A DNA stretch of 60,745 nucleotides, counting the filler, from Sphacelaria rigidula (taxonomy: Eukaryota), in NCBI GenBank assembly GCA_964200075.2. It is 6 parts of 6 records of this genome, joined end to end, with 100 filler letters (N's around TTAATTAATTAA, not from the genome) between each part and the next. Parts side by side here need not be neighbours in the genome. Positions count along the whole stretch, not along the records: positions 1 to 10,043 come from CAXNAA020007265.1; positions 10,144 to 20,185 come from CAXNAA020007266.1; 4 more parts are not named here. The stretch is one strand, 5' to 3'. Shown one piece after another: positions 1-10,923 of this stretch. The number at the start of each line of letters is the position of its first letter. The stretch's first letter is position 1. A model generated the notes under the pieces. The model was not told the DNA's origin. It saw only the letters and a program-made list of their open reading frames with translations, and searched no databases. The position numbers and the translations under genes are program-made.

Positions 1-1855
1 CGTCAACGCTTGTCGATCGCAACCGATGGTAGCACCGTGCGTGGAACACCTGCTCGCGTTCTCGAATTCGATGAAAGACAAGCATCATTCTTCTCGCCAG
101 AGGGAAATGTTCGAAGGGAAGTATCCGAGTCGTTTCCGCGACGGAATCTTGTGGGCAATGGGCTATCCATATTGCGTTGAAACCGACTTCTTGTTCGAGG
201 GGGGAAACACAAAGCCGCAGCTGATCGATACCAAGACACGTACGGTGCCCGTCTTAGTCGTGCCTGACGAGCACTCCCACCCCCTCCACCCTGTCGGGCA
301 TGATCGGGATGCTGTTCCTCGCGCTGGCGCAGCCTGTGGGGGCTTAGCGCAGGACATGGGATCCGTGCGCTGCCACCTTTTTCCCTGTGGTGTAGAGGAA
401 CAAGAGTGCTCACCCGACTAACTTCTCTCGANNNNNNNNNNAAACAGGTCGCAAGTCGGGTCGCCCACTTCAGCCTCATCTCAGAGTTAAACGTTATTTC
501 GCACAATTTGCTGTTTGTACGTTATCGATTTTGCCGATTGACGAAGACGAGTGATTAGCATAAACTGGTTATTGGAGTGATATAATGCCTTGGCGGGCTT
601 GCTTGATTCTACGAATGAAACTGAAAAATGCGGAATTCCGGAAAAGAGTAAAATTTTCTATATATAATATGGCTATGGCAGTGTATGATGATCGTTCCGA
701 TGCTTGGCCTCTGATTTCCCATGATCCCTTCTGAAATACGCACGGCATTTCATAACACTACATTTTTCGTACAACGATTTGATCTTTTTTTTCTGACTTC
801 TCTGATATTTTTTATTTGTATGATTCCCCTGGAGTACTCACGGAATTTGAGGACACTGCATTTTGTATCTCGGGACAATTCTGATTTTTTTGTTATTTCC
901 CTTGGGTTCTTTCTCTTTCGGTTTTGTGTGTTGGTTGGACCTTATCGTCCCCCGTGCCGAAGAAAACTTGGGACTTTCGAATGAGTTTCATTGTCTTTGT
1001 GGTTTTTCTCGGATCCTCCGGGCCAATTTCGTGCGATCGAGTGGCCATGGTATTGCCTTTACATGTAGTGTCTTTGCATCTATCTTAGTTGAGTACCGTG
1101 CATCCCCGTGTGCCCAGATTCTTCACCGGTTAGGATTGTTGGTCTACACGTTTTGTGGTGCGGGAGAATGTATGGACGAAGCACTTTCGTCTCTCGTCAT
1201 AGTCTGCGAGTGCTTTAACCATGAGAGGCATATGTTATGTGATGAGGACTTTGCAGTTGCGGATTCGCTATGTCTGGATACAGACCGGCGGGTATTAGAA
1301 TTGTATATCTTTCGCGAATATTTCAGCGGCACGTGGATTAACAACGAGCCAGCTGTCGGGTTGATGCATGCGTCGTTGGTCGCTATCGTATTGGATGACG
1401 TGGAATTACCAGGGTTCAACGGTAGATATATACCTAAGCTGGTTTAAAGTTGGATCGCGGTTGACTTATCACTTGAGTGAATATATGTTTTGGGTTCGGG
1501 GACGATGAGTTCCCCGCGCGGATTTCCCCGTCGTCCCACTCTCTCATCGCCCCAAGGCTCCAGCAGTGAAGTAGAGGACTAATGGACACCTCGCCCAACG
1601 TCTGATAAAGTTCAGCTATACACTTCTGTGGTGACTTGAGCCTCAGGATCACGAAGACTATAAGTGAGTCTCCCCTGAGTGTACATTATTCTGAGTTGCT
1701 CATTTTTCCTTGTTCATGTCTGTTTCATAGATTTCGCCAGCTTGACATACAATCAAGTGTAGCAAGCTTTACAATTGGAAAGCCAAATGATCCTAGGTTG
1801 TAATTATCCTCCCTGCACCAACAGCTAGGGTGACAATCTCAATCATTCGACAATA

Positions 1856-2404
1856 CAGTAGTGGGTGGTCTAACTATTCATCTTGTGACATTCTGTGTTT
1901 TTATCGTAATCGGCGATTTTCTTGGGCACTTTTCGCATGCCACCGATTATCACATTGGGGATCTGAAAATATCCAGATCCGCTTCACATTCCGAAACAGA
2001 TACCATCTGTACTCAATGTTGAGTGATTTACGGGATGACCGGTCATCGGGGGTCCTGCCACATTTCAGCTCAGATTTTTATTCTTCGATATTTTCGGTCG
2101 ATCGAGTCTATTTCGACCATATTTGTGGAGAAATGTACAAATTTATTTTTTCGAAAATCTCCCTACTCATTGTACTAGAGCCGAAAAACTGTGTTTCACG
2201 GGAATCAACACCCTCCTGATAAACGGAGTATTTACTCGTATCGCTCGATAACACCAACCAACACTGACTTGGGCACTATGTTTCGAGGATGATCTGTTTA
2301 TTGCACCGAAATTTTCCGACGCTAGCAATTTCGAGTTCTATCGAAGAGTAGTACGCGAGGAAAACCCCCAAGACACCCCTGAATCGTTAGACCGCTCACT
2401 ACTG
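1856..2404. mobile_element. Tc1/mariner-type MITE, about 550 bp, copy 1
   Basis: TIRs CAGTAGTGGGTGGTCTAACTATTCA and TGAATCGTTAGACCGCTCACTACTG, flanked by TA at 1854-55 and 2405-06. No coding capacity. A second full-length copy lies in inverted orientation at 44531-45077. Confidence 0.9.
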
Positions 2405-3370
2405 TACTCACAAACACGAATAATTGAGCGATTAACTTCTCGCTGCCGTTGCCAGTTGCCAAACGGTGGAAGATCTTGGTCATGCTTTAAATATACCCTA
2501 AAAAGTCAGAAGGCCAAAGGCCATGCCGGACCACGACTTTATGTGGCCGCGCCTCAAGGAATCCTCGCGTCGAAAGAAATCTCTCCTACCCTACTGCTGG
2601 ACGGTATATGAGTGTCACCTTAGTTCCCACATACTAGTAGAGCCCCAGCCATACTGTTCCATACAGCTGCATGTTCACCTGCTGTACATGTCATACATCA
2701 CCATAAGGAGATACTGTTGCGTATATCCGCATAGCTTTCAATCCTCGCTGCTGACTTCTTGCGGTACATACCCCATACCCGTATGCACGGCGTCCTTCAT
2801 AGTTTCCTCACACGATCGCAACTCATCAAACATACCACAACGAAGCAACCTTGGAGGCACACGCTAGTTCGTACGCGGCTCAATCCTAATCCCCCTACCA
2901 CCAAGATCTTGACGGCACACTCCTCACCGCACTTCCACCTAGTGCAACCACTGCTTCCAGAGATGATCCAGTTCTCGTGAGTACATGCAGAGGTTCTCTG
3001 TGAGCCGCCGCGCGGTCATAAAACCGTCGTCTGATAAGCATCAGTGTCTACTTTGTGTGGAAAGCACCCATCGAACCGCCAGCGGTCGATACGTCCGGTA
3101 TATGCTTGATGCATGTAGTAGCGACCCTGTAGATGGTTTTCTTGGAGATGCTTGATGCATGTATTGGTGTCAAATGCGATTATGTGCCAATCCACGTCCT
3201 ATGGCCAACCCATCCATTGCAGTTACGTAAACTTCCGAGGTTCGGTGCAACTTGTGGCCAATGTGCCACCATGTGCATTCATCCCCCGTCATTTCAACTC
3301 CCGCTTTCCAGCAACACTATGCCGGAGGCCGCCCACCCATCGTGAATCTCCTCCAGAAACACTACATGGC

Positions 3371-6300
3371 TTACATCAGCAAGCGCTCGAGGTCGGAGCG
3401 GGGCAGCATGCGCTCTTTTCCGCGTGCCGCTATGAGGTGGCGAACGGCGAATGACTCTCCACGTGTCAAGGCCTTAACTTCCTGCTGACCGTCGGAGGGG
3501 ATGTTCGTAATTCCAGAATAAACCCAAATACGAGCGAGTGCGGAGTATGTCGCTCGCGCGGACATTTTCTGCATCGCAGTCACTGCGGTCTTCAAGAGCG
3601 GATTGAGCTCGATCTGCTTCCCGTCCGGTTCCGATGTAGTGTACGATATATGCACCAGCGTCGGAAACTTTGCGTTATAGGGGCTGTTGCTTTCGGACGC
3701 TGAAAATGCTTCGAGAACTCCGTCCGCCTCCCGCTCGGAGAGCAAGAGCATGTCGCCGTTCGCAAAGATGAGAGCTGCGTCTACTGGGCGAAGGTAGTCG
3801 TTGATCCACTCATTTGCGTAATCCTGAATTTCCGTACCGAAGAGGAAATTCGGCGTGCAGTACACCGTAGATCCCGGTTTGAGCATCGACGGGACTCGGG
3901 CTTCGGGTGACAGATGTCTCACCATCACATGCAGAGACAGTATCCTACTCGACGGATTTGTTAAGGCCGTCCTGCTCGTGTTGGATCGATGTAAAACCTG
4001 TTCGCACGACGTCACGAGATCATGGGGTGTGCACAAAGAGTTCGTTGCGGTCCTCAAGTGACAGGAAAAGATGCAGCTTCGATTCCGGTGACCGTAGCGT
4101 GCATCATGCATTTCATATTACGGGATGTTTAAGCTATTGCCCTGTGAGCACTCATCATAGCATTGCAAACACTCTGTCCCGCCTCAGGGCATGCCTCGCA
4201 GTGGCTTGCCTCCATTGCGCAACAATTTGGTGGACCTCCCCTCTGCACCCGATGCCGTAAGATGAGTCAAACATTTATCCTGGAGATTCATCAGCGGGAA
4301 TGGGTAATGTGCATGAAACACGTTGATGAAAGGGTGCGAACGTATGCGATCTGCTCAACGTACCTGTCCATCTCCATCCGCGGTAGTAGCCAAAGGGTAT
4401 AGGCGCAACATGATACGTTTCGAGGACTAATGGATTGCAGGCTCGCTTTCAAATAGACCCTCACCCAAAACATAAGAATTAGTTACGACCGGTTAGACCC
4501 ACATTATCGACGCGCAATACGAATATACCTGATTGTATCGTTTGCTCGTGTACCAATGACCTACCTCATCCACAAGCTTGAGCTCGGCTGCAGATTTGGC
4601 TGAGAGAGCAGACGCATAGAACCAATCTACCTCCTGACGAGGCGCTACTGTTGCGATTTGTCTCTCAACTTCTTCCTCCTTCTCCTTCTGGAGCTCCATC
4701 TCTCGCTCACATTGTCCACCTAGTGAAGCATCCCTGGAGACTACTATGGTGTCGCCGTAACGCACAGCCCTCGATGATATCGCCACCGATAGGTCTGGCT
4801 GGGGCACAACACCTTGCAAACAAATGCGGAGCTGGGCTATTGCCTTTGACACTGCATCGGCAACCGTGGTCGGCCTGTAGCCCGCACCGTATGCGCTGTC
4901 CAAGGTCAGAGCTTCATCTTTCTCGGCATGATCTGGACGATCGAACGTCTCCAAGAAATGCAAGCCTTGACTGGACCATTGCCAGAGTCCGGCCCGGGTA
5001 GCCTCGACCGTATTTGCCAGAGCGTACTCCAGCACATACTTCGACGTAATGGCAGTACCTCCCGACACCCGAGTTACCTCCCTGATCTTCGTCGACACGT
5101 CGCGAGTGCCCACAAACACGATTGATTGCTCGCTCCTGCCGAGCGAGCGTAGCCTCCCAGCGGCCTGCATCACCTTGTCCTTCCCGTTCTTTGGCCCAAT
5201 CGTCAGCACCGCTTTTGCATCGACCGACAGCTTGAGATCAGCTCCTCGGCACCGGGCCTCGTCGTAGATGCAGAAAGCCTCTGCAGCTTGGATAGGTGAC
5301 GCATCCAGCGCCACGAACTGCCCCAGGCGATCCAGTACCATCCATTTTCCGCCACTGGAGGTACTTCCTCCGCCAAATTCGAAAAATACGACCCCACGGA
5401 ACTCCAGAGATAGGCCCCCATTCGAAGACACAAGGTATTCCGCTGCTTCTCTGCTGCTTGCTCGTCCCAAAAGCCCACCACTATCTATCAACGCGTGGGC
5501 ACCTTCGTCGACGACTAGCTGCAGAAGGACTTCCCAGCAGTACTTATCCTCATTGCTTTGCTTTCCATCGGCAGATGTGGCGAGAGTAGTGTACCGCTCG
5601 TTTTTTAGGATGAGGTCAAGCATCTTGCCGTTGGTGCCGCTAAGTGACGGCAAAGCATTATCTCGACTCTTCTGCACTTGCAGCGGCAGGAGACGGTGGT
5701 TGTCGTTAGTCCCAGAAAATCCTGAAATCCATCCTGTACTGTTCTGAGCCAAGAACCAAGAGTTGGTTCCGATGCTCTTCGGGCAGAGCTTCGTCTCAGT
5801 CGGTATAACGATGAACTGCAGCCAGAAGTTGATCACCTCAAAGTTGTGCCCAAAGTGCTTGTACAGTAGGTCCATTTGTGGCTCGTTGCTGAGATCCACC
5901 TTGAGGACGCTGTCCATCGCCTCCATGTCCTCCTCTGCGGGCTGTGTCACCGCAAGCCAAGCGTTGTAGTAGTCGGCTTGAGCGCTGTCCGCCATTGAAA
6001 GCAACGTCGCTAGCGCCTGCCGGAACTCAGCTCGCGACAGGCCATCGTAGTAGTACGAAAGGGTTGTGAGAGTGATGGCCACATCCGGTTGCTTCCACTC
6101 ACTGCGATCGGCCGGGGTGTTGCTGGCGCGAAACGGAATCGCTAGGCGTTTCTTCGCCGTTGAAGTCCGGGCAACTCCGTAGTTTACCCTTGCACGCATC
6201 TTCAGGCAGTGCACAAAAACCCCGAGGGCAAGCTGTCCCCGTAGCGCCATCAGCTGCGCCCAGTGGGACTCTCCGGTAAGGAGTCCCTTGTCAAGCGTGT

Positions 6301-6557
6301 CCTCGGCACGTGCGCTCTCATCTAATACCAGCTTGCGCACCAATGGCAGCAACTCTCCATCGGCCGTTTTCAGCCACATCATTTCGTACGGAGGATCTTC
6401 CAGCAGAGCGTCAAAGAGCTCTTGACATAGTTCGTGCTCAACGGCGTCGAGCGCCGGTCCTGGCAGCACGCGGATTTCGGCAAACTGTTCCGACCGGCGG
6501 CAGGTGTCTGCCACTCCAACTTTCGGATCGGACAGTAGTTTGTTGAGTGGAGGATAA
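3371..6557 (-). CDS. DUF3638/DUF3645-family large protein, 3' part (5' exons not in contig)
   Basis: Exon of about 2 kb at 6557-4565 (ctgcag acceptor after a pyrimidine tract; GAG|gtaggt donor) plus a terminal exon from about 3997 (acceptor uncertain) to the TAA at 3371. DUF3645-type motif RVNYG...RLAIPFRASNTPADRSEWKQPDVAITLTTLSYYY. Also GFSGTND, ALIDSGG, YDEARCRGADLKL, KDKVMQAAGRLRSLG, EREMELQKEKEEEVE and LLLSEREAD, all typical of this family. Confidence 0.85.
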
Positions 6558-8437
6558 CTGCAGGTGTTGGAAGAGAGGTGGGTAATCACGAGAGACACGC
6601 AACAACAACAACGAAGGTGTTATCGACTGACGGAATGAAGCGATATTCATGTTATACTTTTGTCAGCCCGACCAGCCACCACATAACGGCGTACAGAAGG
6701 CCGGAGGAGTAATTCGTATCTTCGAACATATATTGCAAGTCACCATGTGCTAGTGAAGTTTCGCACATATATTCCAGGTGCTGGTACGGGGCCCACACAT
6801 TGAACGTGCTGGCAACAAGACCCTGGCACGTTGTTTACACGTTGCCAGCCCCACTGGTACGTGAGGCGTTGCAATGCCCCTCTTGCCACCTTTTTTATTT
6901 GTAGCGAGCACGATGAATGAACGCGAACGCATTTCTATAATAAAAGGTTGAATGTATGCATCAGTGATCTCAACGATACTGCAACAGTGAAAATGAGACA
7001 AGTATACACTACGGCGATGCACAAGCAGTAGGAGTGGGCCTTCTGATATTTCGTGTTTTCTATTGCGCCACGCGCTGCAAAACACAAACTACACGGTTCG
7101 AGGTATGTTTTGTGGAATATACACGATGAAACCGACGGCGTGATTAGTGCCGATGGAGAGCTGAAGGTTACGCACCTTCCGGACGATTCATGGCTTATTG
7201 GATCCGATAAACCCTATAAAAATCATAAACCAGTTCCGTTAAAGAGTCTGGAACACAAGCCAAACGCTTGCGGTTTCGTCCAGTATTCTGAAGCCGACAA
7301 TCCGCGAGATACGAACATGTCGACCTGACCGCAATGGATTCTAGCTATAACAGCGGCATGCTAAACTGGCGGGTAGATATACACAGCACGAGACCAACTG
7401 TTTGTTTTCGGGCCAAAGCGTGGGTGGGTATCGCGTTCTTACACGCGGTTTGTGCGCGTCAGAGATTGCTGAAATCTTCGTTATCTCCGATAATTGAAGC
7501 TCTCTCACAGGCCGTTGGAAAATCAACTTCAAACCACTTGAAAACCTGTTGTGGGCACTGAATTAATGAACGTAACTCACTTTTGGATGTCAGATCAATA
7601 TATTTCATCAAAAAACGTTTCAATGTGTTCACCTAATTTTCACGGCTGGTTTGCGATATGTTTTCTCGGACGTTTCTCAATATCGGGCGAGAAGCTTGTT
7701 CGGGAAAAGTGGTGAGTAACCACATGTAATTCGATGCCCGATCAATGATGTGTTATTGCGGGTTGTTGACACGCATTCCGATGATCGCTTCGGTCAGTCC
7801 AAGCTGTAGTTCTTTGCATAAATTTCATTGCTTGTGGTGGGGTGATGACGGAAAGCGATAGGCCAGTGGCAGTAACCTCCGTCAACATCTGGTTTGAACA
7901 AAGATGTTTTCTGCACTGTATTTTACAAAGATTGTGTTGTCGCTGCCTGTAAATCACTCCTCCTATCGCGTGCACCCTGTCGTATTTCGGAATACCCTGT
8001 CGTCTTCCGGAATATAAATATGCTTGTCCGTGGCGTCGTATCCCGCTAGACTTTGTTGACTTCACTATTTGGAGACAAAAGGAACAGTTCATGGTATTTG
8101 ATGTCATTTTCTGCAGGTCGATTCTATTTTCACTCCCGAGACCTCCCTTTCGCCCAAGTTTGTTGAATGGGTCTCAGCATTGGGCCGTTTCCACCTACTA
8201 TTTGAAGCCACTATTGACCATGATATTTCACTGCGGTCCTGCAGTTGATATGGTTTGAGGATCGGGAAAAAGACGGATTCATTCAATGCCCGGAATTTCC
8301 AGTTCTGACAAGTAATTGCTTCCGAGGCACGTTTCGCTTCTAGCTTCGGTGGTGGGACGAATTTGAGTCGCACTCCGTATTGAGGGAGGGCTCCGCTCAA
8401 GTACTTTCTCACGACGACCGGGTGATGCCGCGACAGC

Positions 8438-8438
8438 G

Positions 8439-8505
<67 letters not shown>
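8438..8505. repeat. poly-C tract (G-run on minus strand)
   Basis: About 68 nt of almost pure C; it produces the spurious poly-Gly ORF 8104..8577. Confidence 0.9.
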
Positions 8506-8589
8506 ACGTCGCCCACGCCGGGAAGCCAACACATCACAAACAACAAAAAATGAGTACCCCCCCCCTCCCCACCCCACCTCAGAAATGTA

Positions 8590-10012
8590 GCTGGTTTGAG
8601 AAGGCAGAATCTACATATGAATCAAAATGACAAAAGTTGAGCATACCCAGCAGTTGAAAACTCCCACGATTGGAGTCATCTTCGCCAATGTCGCTCATGT
8701 GAGACGTTTCCTGCAGTCTGAAACCAGCTACCATGCACTCTTCGTGCAAGTTTTGGGGCTTGTTTGAGGGGGGTGTACTCATGATCTCGCATGCCATAGT
8801 CATATACCCATTGACCTCGCATCCCTACAGAGCCGAGACGGAGCACACCAGGATTTCGCCGGACTCGGGATGTTAGAGGGGAGGGGGGGGAGGGGACTTC
8901 GGCATCAGTCGACTTCTCTACCCGCTCATTTCCGGGTCGAGAACACGGCGCCAACATGTGTCATTTCAAAACGATAAACAATCAGGGTTCCGGCAATTTT
9001 GTTGGCACCTACCGAAACGCAGCACACAGCACCTGCATTGACAAAAAAAACTGTGAGTACAGCGGTCGGATAATTCTCACTGGAGGTGCAAACCACCGCA
9101 TGCCGTCTACAAAACCAAGGAGCGTTGCATGACACTCATGGTCAAGTATCGGTTTATCCGTCATGTTTTTCACAAAAACGGAAATTCTGCTGCGGTGGAG
9201 CTGGTGGAATACTCTCAAAACACACGTCAGAAAACAGCCGATCATTTTCTTTCAAACAGAGCTTTTCATTGAGGGTGATAATCCGGAAAAATAAAAACCG
9301 TCGCATCCACACCAATTCCTCGAGATGTGGTCCCATTCCTTCATCCACTCGTAGCTTTTGACTAATTCTACACGCCATAAAACAATGGATTACGATGACC
9401 GAAATTTATGGTTCCCAAGTGATGAAACAACTCTTGGGGATCAAGGTGGTCCGGCCAGATCACCTGAATTCCCACTAATTGTTTTTCCATTCAGGACTCC
9501 CAAATTTCGGTCATCGGGATCCAAACTTTCAAGGCGTGTAGTGGTTGTCAGTCGGATCACCTAAAGCTCCAAGAACTGTTTTTTTCACCGAGAACCCCAA
9601 ATTTCGATCATCGGAATCCAAAATTTTAGATCGTGTAGTAGTTTATCAATAGCACAAGTACCTGAAGGAATGGAACCACATCTCGAAGAATTGGTGTGGA
9701 TGCGAAGATTTTATTTTTCCGGGTTATCATCCTCAATGGAAAGCTCCATCCTCAATGATCGGCTGTTAGAATGGGAAACTGCGGTCAAATATATGCTTAA
9801 TGCTACGATAGTCCCCTCCCCAAACCAGCACAAACTGTCACAAAGAGAATAGATAATACAACGCATGGTGCTTGGTTTCCGGCAGCATGAACCCCCTCAT
9901 ATCGGCGACATTGGCGAAAACGATCCCAAGCGTGGCGATTCCCACTTGCTTGCTGTGCTCGGCTTTATCATTTCAATTCACGGGTTGATCTTTGCCTCCC
10001 GAAACCAGCCAT
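8590..10012. mobile_element. Foldback-like nested inverted repeat
   Basis: Outer arms about 8590-8740 and 9862-10012 are diverged reverse complements. Inner arms about 9232-9343 and 9663-9767 are also reverse complements. The centre holds two direct copies of about 48 bp (cccaaatttcg..catcgg.atccaaa...cgtgtagt). The outer arm recurs at about 38275-38430. Confidence 0.65.
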
Positions 10013-10043
10013 TGGGGGGGGGGGGGGGGCGCACACTTTTGTT

Positions 10044-10143
10044 NNNNNNNNNNNNNNNNNNNNNNNNNNNNNNNNNNNNNNNNNNNNTTAATTAATTAAN
10101 NNNNNNNNNNNNNNNNNNNNNNNNNNNNNNNNNNNNNNNNNNN
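10044..10143. other. Artificial contig linker (N44-TTAATTAATTAA-N44)
   Basis: 100-nt N spacer with a six-frame stop cassette; identical at all five junctions. Confidence 0.98.
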
Positions 10144-10923
10144 CGATATCCTACCCAGGGATATCAAGGGCCTCGGTGGCCAGCTATTGCAGAAAGCATG
10201 TTGGGCCTCGTGGAAGTGCATTTCGGAACTGAAACGATTCATTCACTGATTGAGTTCACTGACTGACCGCTTTTCACTCTCAATCGGATCATCTATTATT
10301 CTCAATCTCACGAAAACACTGTTGAAAGTAACTTTTTGCTGATGACCCAATTTTCGATGATGATCATAACCACTCTGCACTATACTGCTGCACTCCGGCG
10401 AAAACCAGCGCTGAATCGCCAAACAATTATTTTCGTTAGGCTTTGTTTTCCGGAGAAGTCGCTTTCAAACCGCTGATAAAAATTCCAGCGTCGAGTTATT
10501 GCGCCATGATGTTGCGACCCGTTTTTCCTCACGTCATCCACATACCGAAAAACAACAAGCTTTTCTATAACGAGTGTTTCATATTCAAGGTTTTCATTCA
10601 AGCCATGGATGTGGCGCTGAGCTCCTTGTATATCGAGAGATTCGTCCCCATACGGTCGGCACCAAATCACGGCTGTGTCCAGTTTTTCGCCGGGGAAAAC
10701 TTTAATTTATAGAGAAAGATGTTTGTCGGGATTTTCTGCTGTTCGCGACGCGGAAAATGACCTGTGGTTTATGTAATTTAGTTCAATGCAATGATTTATT
10801 TGAGTGCGGAGGTTACCCCGTGGACGTGGTGGTGCATGCACGCACGTATGCGTTGGAGCCGGTGTGTGACAAAGCTAGGCGGAGAGTGCTTCGGCACCTC
10901 TTTTCCAGTCGTTTTGTGTTGTG

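Noticed and set aside
1..1750. ORFs 26..421 and 863..1447, and an RNase H-like 'IATDGS' word at the window start
   Set aside because: No further motifs or splice support; the frames close quickly. At most unassignable TE debris.
6750..8110. Possible hAT transposase remnant on the minus strand (ATGLSLSVITPPQAMKFM; SASEYW)
   Set aside because: The resemblance is faint and I could not find the catalytic motifs in order; it needs a frameshift-aware search.
8104..8577. Gly-rich ORF
   Set aside because: It is a translation of the poly-C tract.
10088..10099. Recurrent TTAATTAATTAA palindrome as a biological motif
   Set aside because: Always centred in a 100-nt N spacer; it is an assembly linker.
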